The translations under genes were made by a program, and so were the position numbers. The notes under the pieces were generated by a model that did not search any database, was not told the origin of the DNA, and saw only the letters and a list, made by a program, of their open reading frames with translations. A stretch of DNA of 56,272 nucleotides from Clostridia bacterium (GTDB taxonomy: Bacteria; CBDUZB01; JAGLHV01): assembly GCA_030637025.1 (NCBI GenBank), contig DAOVVV010000016.1, forward strand, positions 1-56,272, given 5' to 3'. Positions 29,224-38,903 of this stretch are shown in pieces. Position 1 is the stretch's first letter, and every line of letters begins with the position of its first letter.

Positions 29224-29739
29224 TTAATATTTAATAATTGAAAATATATCATATCCTTTCAATTTTTCACGTCCGGATAAAAAAGAAAGTTCGATTAAAA
29301 AGCTTAAACCCACAATTTTTCCATTTAGTTTCTTTACTAAATCAATTACTGCCCCGGCTGTTCCTCCCGTGGCCAATAAGTCATCTACAATTAATACTTT
29401 CATCCCGGAATTTATGCTGTTTTCGTGTAATTCCAGAGTATCCGTACCATATTCTAATTGATATGTTGCTTTTACGGTTTTTGCCGGTAGTTTCCCTGCT
29501 TTGCGCACCAGAGCTATACCTACACCCATCTTATAAGCTAAGGCAGCACCTAAAGGAAAACCTCTTGATTCCATACTAACTATTCGATCAACACCTTTTC
29601 CCTGGTAATACTCAGCAAAAACATCTATGACTTCTTTTAATGCCCACCCCTCTTTTAAAAGAGTGGTTATATCTTTAAAAATTATACCTTTTTTGGGAAA
29701 ATCCGGAACATCCCTGATTAATTCTTTCAAGTCCTGCAT
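29224..29739 (-). CDS. apt: adenine phosphoribosyltransferase
   Basis: PDFPKKGIIFKDIT, ESRGF, YQLEYG, IVDDLLATGGT; ATG at 29739 has a GGAGG RBS. Confidence 0.97.
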   Translation of the reverse strand: MQDLKELIRDVPDFPKKGIIFKDITTLLKEGWALKEVIDVFAEYYQGKGVDRIVSMESRGFPLGAALAYKMGVGIALVRKAGKLPAKTVKATYQLEYGTDTLELHENSINSGMKVLIVDDLLATGGTAGAVIDLVKKLNGKIVGLSFLIELSFLSGREKLKGYDIFSIIKY

Positions 29740-29820
29740 CTTACCCTCCTGCAAAAAGTTATCTTATCTAAAACTTTATCTTATTGGTTCAAATTATGCC
29801 TTTTATTAATTATATTGTTT

Positions 29821-30648
29821 TTATAAATTTAATCGACGGGCAATTATACGCAATCTATCTAACGCAACTTTTTCGATTTGTCTTACTCTTTCCCGGGAAA
29901 GATGCATTCTGGTGCCAATATCCTGCAAAGTGTGAGAACCATCACCATCCAGTCCAAAACGCAAACGAATTACCTGATTTTGTTTCTCATTTAATTTTTG
30001 CATTGCTTCTTCCACTTGTTGATTTAATTTCAAAGTCGAAATAATTCCATCGGGAGAACCTTCCTTAGCTTTATCTTTTATTACATCTTTTAGGAATAAG
30101 CCCATTTCGTCATTTAATGGGGCATCTAAAGAACCTATACTTTTGGATATTTTCATAGCATCCACAATCCTTTTTATTTTCGCTGCCGGAAGACGTAATT
30201 TCTTAGACATTTCTTTAGAAGAAGGATTCCTTCCTAATTTAAATTGTAACATCTCCCATGTTTTTGCCCATTTTTTTATTGTCTCTAAAGTATGTATCGG
30301 AATTCGGATTGTTTTAGTTTGATTTTCAACAGCTCTTTTCATTGCTTGATTTATCCACCAAATAGCATAAGTACTAAATTTAAATCCTCTATCAAAATCA
30401 AATTTCTCAACAGCCCTGATTAAACCAAGATTTCCTTCTTCTACTAAATCAAGAAAAGAAAGCCCTTGACCGTTAAACTTCTTAGCCAAAGTAATTACCA
30501 AACGAAGATTGCCTTCAATCATTCTTTTCCTGGCTTTGTTATCACCAGTTTTAATTTTTTCACACAATGTTTTAAATTCTTTTTCTGCAATTAAAGGAAT
30601 TTTTCTAACTTTATTAAAATACAGCCTAACTGCGTCTAAATTTCGCAT
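29821..30648 (-). CDS. RpoD/RpoS-like sigma70 factor lacking region 1.1 (group 2-like)
   Basis: [51 protein letters not shown]. Confidence 0.93.
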   Translation of the reverse strand: MRNLDAVRLYFNKVRKIPLIAEKEFKTLCEKIKTGDNKARKRMIEGNLRLVITLAKKFNGQGLSFLDLVEEGNLGLIRAVEKFDFDRGFKFSTYAIWWINQAMKRAVENQTKTIRIPIHTLETIKKWAKTWEMLQFKLGRNPSSKEMSKKLRLPAAKIKRIVDAMKISKSIGSLDAPLNDEMGLFLKDVIKDKAKEGSPDGIISTLKLNQQVEEAMQKLNEKQNQVIRLRFGLDGDGSHTLQDIGTRMHLSRERVRQIEKVALDRLRIIARRLNL

Positions 30649-30708
30649 AAAATACCCTTTATTAATTAGATTATTATATTATCATCCAACCGATTTTACT
30701 CATCAATC

Positions 30709-30904
30709 AATTACCCCTCAACAAGCCATAGACCCTTCAACTACAGAGTTTTTGTCAGCGTAACTGTGGAAAATTAAACTTGGTGCCCTTCGACTCCTTT
30801 CAAGGGAGTTTATGCTGAGCAAAGCGAAGTGCTCAGGATCAAATCGACTACAGAGTTTTTATCAGCATAGCTGAAAAAAACTCTAAGTCTCATTGAAATT
30901 AAAA
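30709..30904. repeat. two adjacent copies of repeat family A in the sigma-factor leader
   Basis: 30709-30770 and 30786-30904 share CCCTTC.ACT and CTACAGAGTTTTT.TCAGC; hairpin AGAGTTTTTATCAGC-ATA-GCTGAAAAAAACTCT. Confidence 0.75.
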
Positions 30905-30933
30905 CTAATATTTTTTTAAAATTCTCTTTTTTT

Positions 30934-30962
30934 ATTATAATTAATTTACTTGAAATAGTCAA
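30934..30962 (-). promoter_or_regulatory. sigma70 promoter TTGACT-17-TATAAT upstream of sigma factor gene
   Basis: + strand ATTATA 30934-30939, AGTCAA 30957-30962. Confidence 0.65.
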
Positions 30963-31051
30963 ATTTAAAAAGTTAGAACTATAATATTTATTTATTCAAT
31001 ATCTTTTATTATCATTTAGCCATAAGTATCTTATTTTCCCGGACAGCTGTT

Positions 31052-31747
31052 TCATCCTGAAAAACTTAACCCAAAAACTACATTATCAAGAACATTTGTA
31101 AACTTTTTGTTTAAATTAATTATAAAGATATCTAATTTGAGCTTGGGGGAAAGAAGAAAATGCCCACCAATATTACACTGCCTTTCACAATCATCATAAT
31201 CTAAAACAAACATAGATTTAAAAATAATTTTATAAAAAGAAATAAAAGGCCTGGTTTGAAATTGAGAATCATTGAGATTATTAAAATTTAGCCCCCCTTG
31301 TATTCCAAAATGATAAAACCCAGAAAAATGTTTTCCCCCTACCAGATAAAGAGTATGCTTTTTAACACCCACTGCTAACTTAAATTTATCTAAATTTTCC
31401 TTAAAAGGAAAAATTTTATATTTTGCATTCAATTCCATTTTTTTTAACATATCAATTTCATCAACTTTAACCGTAAAACCAATTTCCCCGTGAGAGATAA
31501 GACCATAATTAAAACTTGCATTATATTTATGGACTCCTATATTATAATTTCTACGCATAACAACTTCACATGCAGGAGTAATAATATATCCGGTATATCC
31601 TTTTATGGACATAGTATCCTGAAAATATTTTTTTAAATAATATTCACCAATATCTGCTTTTAAAAATTCCGGAAACAAAACAGATAAAAAAAATATAATC
31701 AAAAATACTTTTCCTGAAAACTTTTTCATTCTAAAATTCATCCTCAA
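31052..31747 (-). CDS. exported hypothetical protein, possible YjbH-like beta-barrel
   Basis: Signal peptide, GYTGYIITP motif near N-terminus, amphipathic strands ending FGLSFSG. Confidence 0.5.
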   Translation of the reverse strand: MRMNFRMKKFSGKVFLIIFFLSVLFPEFLKADIGEYYLKKYFQDTMSIKGYTGYIITPACEVVMRRNYNIGVHKYNASFNYGLISHGEIGFTVKVDEIDMLKKMELNAKYKIFPFKENLDKFKLAVGVKKHTLYLVGGKHFSGFYHFGIQGGLNFNNLNDSQFQTRPFISFYKIIFKSMFVLDYDDCERQCNIGGHFLLSPKLKLDIFIINLNKKFTNVLDNVVFGLSFSG

Positions 31748-32056
31748 TTAAAATAATAAACAACCAAACATCAATTTTTCCGAGATAATTTTTCCTTTAA
31801 TTTCTACATAAAATTTACCTTTAATCACATACCCCGGCAGAACTTCAAATTGATCATAAAAAAACTCATCTTGATAAAACACAACCATCTTTTCTAAAAT
31901 ATTTCCTTTTTCTATAAATACGTTTAATATTTGAGTTAAGGTTACTTTTAAGATACTCACCTTCTTACTCAATGCCTCCCACACATACTGAGTATCATCG
32001 AATAAATCCGCAAAAAAAGTTTTTTCAAGATCAAAAAAGCCTTTTGTTTTTAAAAT
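31748..32056 (-). pseudogene. probable truncated N-terminal fragment of a GlmU/hexapeptide-transferase-like protein
   Basis: Frame stays open upstream of the tracked GTG to an ATT at 32056 behind RBS AAGGGGAG, giving ILKTKGFFDLEKTFFADLFDDTQYVWEAL...; resembles from memory the N-terminus of LbH-transferase-like proteins, but no hexapeptide repeats follow. Confidence 0.4.
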
Positions 32057-32096
32057 TTTATTTTTCTCCCCTTATTTCCTTTGGACATATTTTATG

Positions 32097-32126
32097 ATTG
32101 TATCAAAATTAAAAATAATAAGTCAA
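32097..32126 (-). promoter_or_regulatory. putative sigma70 promoter TTGACT-18-(TGa)TACAAT
   Basis: + strand ATTGTA 32097-32102, AGTCAA 32121-32126. Confidence 0.45.
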
Positions 32127-32226
32127 GCCTTTTACTATATTTCATATCCATTAGCCATGGCGGAGGGATTAATCAAGCAGGTGTTATCGATTAGATTCAG
32201 AATTCCCTATCTAAACTATCCTCTTT

Positions 32227-33918
32227 TTATTTTTTAAATAATTCCGAGTTGAAAATGCAAATTCTATTCCTTCCCATTTTTTTTGCCTGATATAAAGCAA
32301 CGTCGGAACATTCGAATAATTTTTCCGCAGAAACAATCCTGGGCTGGGGAAGCAAAGTTACACCTATACTTATAGTAATTCTTTTTTCTACTTTGGGAAA
32401 TTTAGTGTCTTCAACACTTTTTCGTAATTTATTCACCATCTTCGATAAATTAACCTCACTCACCGAAGGAATAATAACACAAAATTCATCACCTCCGAAA
32501 CGGGCTAAAATATCTGTTTTTCTAAAGGAACTTTTCATAATGTCCGAAATTTTTTTTAAAACAACATTTCCTGTTTTATGCCCGTAAGTATCATTGATAC
32601 TTTTAAAATGGTCCACATCGAAAATTACAAAAGAAAAATTAGTTTTGTATCTGGACATCTTTTCAAATTCATTTTTAATTGCACCTTGAAAATAACGATA
32701 TGTATACAATCCGGTAAGTTCATCGGTAATGGCCTGTTTTTTTAAATATTCGTGTTCTAACAATAAAGCAGCGGATTTACAAAAATTTATAGTCAAATAT
32801 AATACCGGCAATACCAACAAAGGGGCAAAAAAATCTCCCCATAAATTATAAATGAACATTTTGCCGGCAATAAATTTCAAAACAAATATCTCTAAAAAAA
32901 GAAACCCCGCTCCCATCGGGAGATTAAGCCTATAAACAAATATTGCGGTCATAACACTTAAAATTAATAACATAAAAAAATTAAAAACAGCAGGAATTTC
33001 TCTTATAAAATTTTCTTCCATTAACATAAGCACTTGATTAGCTAAACCTACAACTCCGGGTATTAATCCCAATGGGGTAAGAGCAATATCATGGAACGCC
33101 TCACTAAACGCTCCGACCAATACTATTTTATCTTTAAACACCTCAGGTGAAAAAGTTTCCTTAAGCACTTTGTACACAGGAATAACTTTAAATCTTTCCT
33201 CCCCGGCAATATAATTCACCAAGATTGTACCGTCATTTCTAACCGGAATCTGAATTTTTTTAGCTGGGGAAAAAGCTTCAATCTTCGTTGAACCAGTCCA
33301 TTTTATATTTTCAAAGGGCACATTAAAATAAGCACAAACCAACTTTAATCCAAGAGAATAATTAACTACATCCTGTGTTTCATCAAAAAAAAGTAATCGG
33401 GACCGGCGAACACAAAGATCTATATCCCTGGGATTATTAATGATCCCATATCCCAGAGCAGATTTTAAAAACATTTCATAAGGAAGCAGATAATCAGGAT
33501 ACTGAAAATAAGCACAGAGAAGCACCTTTCCGGAATTTTTTAAAGAATAAATAAAAGACAAATCAGTTTTAACATCCTGACTTCTACCCAAAAACGCAAT
33601 ATCCATACCAATTACTTTAGGATGATACTGATTTATTTTATTTATTAACCGGGCATAAACATCTCGTGACCAGGGCCAGCGTTTTCCTATGATTTTATTC
33701 GATTGATCATCTATGGAAACTAAAACAATATTTTTAATCTGTGGACCGGGAATCCTTTTTTTATATGTTACCTTGCAAAAATAATCATTTACCTTAAATT
33801 TTAATATATTAAAAGAAGGAATGCGGATAAAAAAGGTTGAATACATTACAGCAAGGAAAACACTAATAAGTATTGCCCTTTTTAAAGTCGATTTAAACCA
33901 GAATTGCAATGAATACAT
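32227..33918 (-). CDS. CHASE2-GGDEF diguanylate cyclase
   Basis: IVLVSIDD..RWPWSR, KIVLVG, TPLG (CHASE2), three TMs, DVDHFKSINDTYGH, RKTD I-site, RFGGDEF. Confidence 0.93.
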   Translation of the reverse strand: MYSLQFWFKSTLKRAILISVFLAVMYSTFFIRIPSFNILKFKVNDYFCKVTYKKRIPGPQIKNIVLVSIDDQSNKIIGKRWPWSRDVYARLINKINQYHPKVIGMDIAFLGRSQDVKTDLSFIYSLKNSGKVLLCAYFQYPDYLLPYEMFLKSALGYGIINNPRDIDLCVRRSRLLFFDETQDVVNYSLGLKLVCAYFNVPFENIKWTGSTKIEAFSPAKKIQIPVRNDGTILVNYIAGEERFKVIPVYKVLKETFSPEVFKDKIVLVGAFSEAFHDIALTPLGLIPGVVGLANQVLMLMEENFIREIPAVFNFFMLLILSVMTAIFVYRLNLPMGAGFLFLEIFVLKFIAGKMFIYNLWGDFFAPLLVLPVLYLTINFCKSAALLLEHEYLKKQAITDELTGLYTYRYFQGAIKNEFEKMSRYKTNFSFVIFDVDHFKSINDTYGHKTGNVVLKKISDIMKSSFRKTDILARFGGDEFCVIIPSVSEVNLSKMVNKLRKSVEDTKFPKVEKRITISIGVTLLPQPRIVSAEKLFECSDVALYQAKKMGRNRICIFNSELFKK

Positions 33919-33952
33919 CTTCTCTACTTACCTTTCTAAGTCTATATATCCA

Positions 33953-35326
33953 CTAATCGTCATTTAAATAAAAATGCCATTCTTTTTCTAATGTTTTAAG
34001 ATCTTTATAAAAACTTTTTTTTAAGGACTTGTTAAATTTTTCCCCTTTTCCCAAACGTCCTAATAATTTATTAAAACAATGAAAGCCATATCTATCTACA
34101 AGATAACATACAAAAAGTTTGGATTCTAAATAAGCAACTTTGAGTTTGTTTATATCATTTCTTTTGATAAATATATTTTCCAGCTTGAAAACAGGAATTG
34201 ATTCTTTTCTTCTTAATTTATCTTTTAACCATTCTTCTTCTAAAGGGATTTTATCTTTCCGGGGTTCTTCAAACTGAGCAATTCCCTCATTTAACCAGAT
34301 TGGAATATTTCCTTTGGTTATTTTATGTATCAAAGCATGTGTATATTCATGATATAATACGCGCTCTAATAATTCATCGCTCTTAACTAAATCATTTTTT
34401 TTCACTCTTATTTTTCCATCATACATACCTAAAACCCAGTCCAGTTTATTTATCAGTCTTTCAAATTGTTTAGAGGTATAAATAATTACAGTTATTGGAG
34501 CCTCCGGATATAACTTAAAATCCGACCCTATTTTATAACGGGCTTTATCAAGAATTCGCAAAACCCTCCAGGCATTTTCAGTGTCTTTGTATCCTTCAAA
34601 TTTTACTTTAAAATATTTAATCTTGGCCGTATTAAATTTATTTTCAATCCGATTTTCTCTTTCTGTTTTCATTATACGTTCTTGTAAAAACTCAAGATCC
34701 GGGTTTAAAATTAAAGCTTTTTCCCAATATTCAACTGCTTTTTGTAAATCATCCCAGTAATAATATATTTCTCCTAAATACACATAAGCATTCCAATTTT
34801 TATCATCATAAAGAATTGCTTCCTCTAAAAGTCGGCAAGCAAAAGTAAACTTTTTTTTATCATATTGGATACTTGCTTTATTAGTCAAAACCGAAGAAAA
34901 ATTTTTCTTAATTTGTTTACTATCAGGATCATATTTTAATGCTTCACGAAAATAATTACAGCCTTGAATAATGTTTCCGGAAGAAAAATAAATTAAAGCA
35001 TAATTATTGTAAAAAACCGCAATATTCTTTTTTAATAACTGATTATTTTTATCTAATTCTAATGCTTTTTTATCATATTCAATGGCTTTATTCCAATTTT
35101 TATTTTCTGCATATTGAGTTGCAAGTTGATGATAGGCATAAATGAGTTTTTTTTTAATCTTGCGGCTTTGCGGATGTTTTTTTAATTTAGATTCAAAACT
35201 ACTAACTGTTTCTTCATGTTTTTTTTGACAACCATATTCAAAGCCATCCATCTTATCACGGGAAAAAAGAGGTAAAGAATTAAACAAAAACCATATCAAC
35301 AAATTAATCAAAATATATTTTTTCAT
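33953..35326 (-). CDS. exported TPR protein with peptidase MA-like zinc metallopeptidase domain
   Basis: Signal peptide, TPR repeats, HEYTH followed by PIWLNEGIAQ. Confidence 0.85.
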   Translation of the reverse strand: MKKYILINLLIWFLFNSLPLFSRDKMDGFEYGCQKKHEETVSSFESKLKKHPQSRKIKKKLIYAYHQLATQYAENKNWNKAIEYDKKALELDKNNQLLKKNIAVFYNNYALIYFSSGNIIQGCNYFREALKYDPDSKQIKKNFSSVLTNKASIQYDKKKFTFACRLLEEAILYDDKNWNAYVYLGEIYYYWDDLQKAVEYWEKALILNPDLEFLQERIMKTERENRIENKFNTAKIKYFKVKFEGYKDTENAWRVLRILDKARYKIGSDFKLYPEAPITVIIYTSKQFERLINKLDWVLGMYDGKIRVKKNDLVKSDELLERVLYHEYTHALIHKITKGNIPIWLNEGIAQFEEPRKDKIPLEEEWLKDKLRRKESIPVFKLENIFIKRNDINKLKVAYLESKLFVCYLVDRYGFHCFNKLLGRLGKGEKFNKSLKKSFYKDLKTLEKEWHFYLNDD

Positions 35327-35378
35327 TTTTTGCCTTTTTAAAATTCAATTTTTTCCGCTTCATAAAATCCGAAATCAC

Positions 35379-35421
35379 TTACCCCAAGACCCTTCGACTC
35401 CCTACGGTCGTCTCAGGATCA
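35379..35421. repeat. partial copy of repeat family A
   Basis: TTACCCCAAGACCCTTCGACTCCCTACGGTCGTCTCAGGATCA shares CCCTTCGACTCC and CTCAGGATCAA with 30786-30842. Confidence 0.65.
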
Positions 35422-35433
35422 ATAAGACTAAAT

Positions 35434-35611
35434 AAAAAACCGCTATATCTAAAATATTTTAATCGTTAAAGTTCCATGGCTTCCGTAAGAACAAAATAAA
35501 AAAATCACAAATATATTTTTTCTACAATAATTACTGTGATTCTTTTACAAATCTTTACGCCTATCTCCAAAAAACTTACTTTTTTTCTGCTTTTAGATAA
35601 AGCGGTCTTTT
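35434..35611. repeat. long inverted-repeat element (21 bp arms, 19/21 match)
   Basis: AAAAAACCGCTATATCTAAAA (35434-35454) versus TTTTAGATAAAGCGGTCTTTT (35591-35611); inner AATCACA/TGTGATT pair. Confidence 0.6.
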
Positions 35612-35639
35612 AAATGTTTAAGCTTTTCACCAAAATCTT

Positions 35640-36197
35640 TTAAATTCCCATTACCTCTTTTTCTTTACGAGCACCTATTTCATCAATTTTCTTAATGCTT
35701 TCATCTATTATTTTTTGAATATGTTCTTCTCCCTGAAACATATCATCTTCTGAAATTTGCTTTTTTTTCTCGGCTTTTTTTAAAACATCCATTTCTTCCC
35801 GTCTAATATTTCTTGCTGATACCCGATATTTTTCGCCTATCTTTTTTACTATTTTTACTAACTCCATTCTCCGCTCCTGAGTCAAAGAAGGCATCACTAA
35901 TCGAATAATTTTACCATCATTAACAGGTGTAATTCCCAAGTCAGATTTCTGAATCGATTTTTCAATTTCTTTAATTACAACTTTATCCCAGGGCTTTATT
36001 TCTATTGTCCTGGCTTCGGGAATAGAAACATTGGCCACTTGATTAATAGGAACTAAAGAACCATAATATTCTACTTTTATATGTTCAATCAGTGCGAGTG
36101 ATGCCCGGCCAGTTCTTAAGGAAGAAAGCTCATGCACTAACCCTTCTATACTTCTTTTTATTTTCTCTTCCGTATTCTTATAAACTTCCTTAATCAC
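35640..36197 (-). CDS. frr: ribosome recycling factor
   Basis: LRTGRAS, YYGS, SDLGITPVNDG, LTQERR, RNIRR. Confidence 0.97.
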   Translation of the reverse strand: MIKEVYKNTEEKIKRSIEGLVHELSSLRTGRASLALIEHIKVEYYGSLVPINQVANVSIPEARTIEIKPWDKVVIKEIEKSIQKSDLGITPVNDGKIIRLVMPSLTQERRMELVKIVKKIGEKYRVSARNIRREEMDVLKKAEKKKQISEDDMFQGEEHIQKIIDESIKKIDEIGARKEKEVMGI

Positions 36198-36241
36198 TAT
36201 ACTTTCACCTCCTTATCTTCTTAAAATGAAATATAAAAAAC

Positions 36242-36952
36242 TTATTTAATAACTGTTCCTACTTTTTCTCCCAAAATCGCTTTCTTAATATTGTCTTTTT
36301 TGTTGAGGTTAAAAACAATTATTGGCATTTTGTTTTCCATACATAAAGAAAACGCTGTAATATCCATAATTTTAAGTCTTTTTTGAATTGCTTCCAAATA
36401 AGATATTTTTTTAAATTTTTTTGCAGAAGGATTTACTCGAGGATCTTCGGTATAAACTCCATCAACATTTGTAGCTTTCAATATAATATCAGCTTTTATC
36501 TCAATCGCTTTTAAAACTGCAGCAGTATCGGTAGTAAAATAGGGATTTCCTGTTCCTGCAGCAAAAATAACTATCCGTCCTTTTTCTAAATGCCTAATCG
36601 CTCTCCGACGAATATATGGTTCTGCAAGTTTTTGCATTTCTATATTCGTTTGTAATCGCGTATCAATGTTATGTGATTCTAAAACATTCTGTACAGCAAG
36701 AGCATTAATTACAGTAGCCAACATTCCCATATAATCCGCATTTACTCTATCAAAACCTCGGGCAGTAGCACTCATCCCTCGCCAAATATTCCCCCCCCCA
36801 ATTACTATTCCTATTTGGATGGGAAATTTTCTAATTTTTTTAATTTGTTTTACAATACTATTTACTTTAGAAGAATTTATACCATATCCAGTTTCTCCTG
36901 CTAAAGATTCTCCACTCAACTTAAGAAGAATTCTTTTATATTTATATTCCAT
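36242..36952 (-). CDS. pyrH: UMP kinase
   Basis: [38 protein letters not shown]. Confidence 0.98.
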   Translation of the reverse strand: MEYKYKRILLKLSGESLAGETGYGINSSKVNSIVKQIKKIRKFPIQIGIVIGGGNIWRGMSATARGFDRVNADYMGMLATVINALAVQNVLESHNIDTRLQTNIEMQKLAEPYIRRRAIRHLEKGRIVIFAAGTGNPYFTTDTAAVLKAIEIKADIILKATNVDGVYTEDPRVNPSAKKFKKISYLEAIQKRLKIMDITAFSLCMENKMPIIVFNLNKKDNIKKAILGEKVGTVIK

Positions 36953-36990
36953 TTTACCTCGTTATTTTTAGACTCAATAATATTTAAAAA

Positions 36991-37590
36991 TTACTCTTCT
37001 CCTATCTTAAATCTTACATAACGTCTGATGGTAATGTTTTCTCCTAATTTAGAAACATATTGATTAATTAAATCACTTATTTTTATTTTCGGGTCTTTTA
37101 TAAAAGCTTGTTCCAGAAGGCATATTTCGTTAAAATATTTTTTAATTTTTCCTTCCAATACTTTATTTAATATTTTTTCAGGTTTTCCTTCCTGAAGGTT
37201 CTGTGTTTTATAAATTTCTTTTTCTCTCTTTATTATTTCCTCCGGGACATCTTCGATACTCTTCCATAAAGGATTTGCAGCAGCAATTTGCATTGCAATA
37301 TCTTTTCCTAATTGATTAAATTCTTCAGTGCGGGCTACAAAATCAGTTTCGCAATTCAGTTCCATCATTACTCCCAACTTACTTCCCATATGTACATAAG
37401 TAAAAACAATCCCTTCGGCAGCACGTCTCCCGGCTTTTTTAATTGCTTTTGCTTTGCCTTTTTCTCTTAAAACATCTGTTGCCTTATCTATATCACCCTT
37501 GGTTTCAACCAAAGCTTCTTTACAATCCATTATTCCAACACCGGTCTTTTCGCGTAATTGTTGTACTAATCCCGAATTTATCTTCTGCAC
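36991..37590 (-). CDS. tsf: elongation factor Ts (short form)
   Basis: LREKTGVGIMDCKEAL, ELNCETDFVA. Confidence 0.97.
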   Translation of the reverse strand: MQKINSGLVQQLREKTGVGIMDCKEALVETKGDIDKATDVLREKGKAKAIKKAGRRAAEGIVFTYVHMGSKLGVMMELNCETDFVARTEEFNQLGKDIAMQIAAANPLWKSIEDVPEEIIKREKEIYKTQNLQEGKPEKILNKVLEGKIKKYFNEICLLEQAFIKDPKIKISDLINQYVSKLGENITIRRYVRFKIGEE

Positions 37591-37591
37591 T

Positions 37592-38368
37592 TCACTTATC
37601 CCCCTCTATGTTTATTTCCTCTTTTTTTTCCTCTTTTCCATTTTCTTTGTTTTCATTGTTTTTATCTTCTTCTATTTTTTTATTACGAATTTGAGCGCCT
37701 TCAATCACAGCATCGGCAATAATAGAAACAATTAATCTAATTGACCTTATAGCATCGTCATTCCCGGGAATTATATAATCAATTTTATCCGGATCACAAT
37801 TTGAATCCACCAGAGCAATCACTGGAATCCCTAATTTCCTTCCCTCTGCTACTGCTGTTGATTCATGATTAGGATCTATTACGAAAATGGCCTCCGGTAC
37901 TTTTTCCATGTCTTTAATACCAGCCAGACTTCTTTCTAACTTTAATCTTTCTTTATCGATACCGATTTTTTCTTTTTTCGAAAGCAAATCAACAGTCCCT
38001 TCCAATTTCATTTTTTCTATGTCTTTAAATCTCTTAATGTTTTTTTTAATTGTTACAAAATTAGTAAGCATTCCTCCCAACCATCTTTGATTAGCATAAA
38101 ACATTCCACAGCGTTGCGCTTCTGCAACAACTGATTCTCTAGCCTGTTTTTTAGTCCCAATAAACAAAATTAGTTTATTCTCCATTGATAAATCTCTAAT
38201 AAATTTATATACTTTTTTTAATTCTTTAACTGTTTTTTGCAAATCTATAATATGAATATTATTCCTTTCCCCAAAAATATACTTTGCCATTTTAGGATTC
38301 CATCGTTTAGTTTGATGCCCGAAATGAACCCCTGCTTCCAACAGTTGCTTCATTGAAACAATTGACAT
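37592..38368 (-). CDS. rpsB: 30S ribosomal protein S2
   Basis: [38 protein letters not shown]. Confidence 0.98.
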   Translation of the reverse strand: MSIVSMKQLLEAGVHFGHQTKRWNPKMAKYIFGERNNIHIIDLQKTVKELKKVYKFIRDLSMENKLILFIGTKKQARESVVAEAQRCGMFYANQRWLGGMLTNFVTIKKNIKRFKDIEKMKLEGTVDLLSKKEKIGIDKERLKLERSLAGIKDMEKVPEAIFVIDPNHESTAVAEGRKLGIPVIALVDSNCDPDKIDYIIPGNDDAIRSIRLIVSIIADAVIEGAQIRNKKIEEDKNNENKENGKEEKKEEINIEGDK

Positions 38369-38500
38369 ATCTCCTCCGCTATTTTAAAAAAATATTTTAA
38401 TTTTTCAAAAACAATAATTACCTACTTGCTTATTATTATATCTATCCAACTTTATCTTTACCTTTCCTGGGTAAAAACAAGTATATTAAAAAAACTAAAA

Positions 38501-38821
38501 TCACATTGGTTCATATTTGCAATTTTTACTAATCGAGTTTTTTAAAGTTCTATTATTTTTTCGTAAACGTGCTTCAACTTTATGAAAACCTTCAATATAA
38601 TCATTCCAATCATACCACCAGAAACCTTCTGCCGCACGACAAGACATCCAGCCCCCTCCATCAATACAAACCTCCACAATATCACCCACACTTGCTCCAA
38701 CCTTGACAGTATAATCATTATTACAAATAACTTCATTATCCAAGGGAAAATCAATAATTACATAATGACGTTTTGGTGTGATTCCTTTACTTCTACTTTT
38801 TTTAACATTCTTCTTTTTCAA
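38501..38821 (-). CDS. hypothetical protein, single Ig-like beta domain
   Basis: TTG start with GGAGG RBS; basic N-tail; IDFP...VEVCIDGGGW...WWYDW...G.H.VEAR pattern typical of bacterial Ig-like domains. Confidence 0.6.
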   Translation of the reverse strand: MKKKNVKKSRSKGITPKRHYVIIDFPLDNEVICNNDYTVKVGASVGDIVEVCIDGGGWMSCRAAEGFWWYDWNDYIEGFHKVEARLRKNNRTLKNSISKNCKYEPM

Positions 38822-38903
38822 TCTTTATCCCTCCTAAAAATTACAAAAAGAATTAAAAATAATAATAGTTTTTTTTATATAAAAACTATTCCCATTAATA
38901 CTT

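Noticed and set aside
30765-30773. DnaA-box-like TGTGGAAAA (and CTATCCACA near 50428)
   Set aside because: Isolated single matches, no cluster and no origin-associated genes
18004-38621. 20/21 nt match between 18004-18024 and 38601-38621 (both encode WWYDW[D/N]D)
   Set aside because: Largely forced by single-codon Trp residues in a short shared peptide; no flanking similarity
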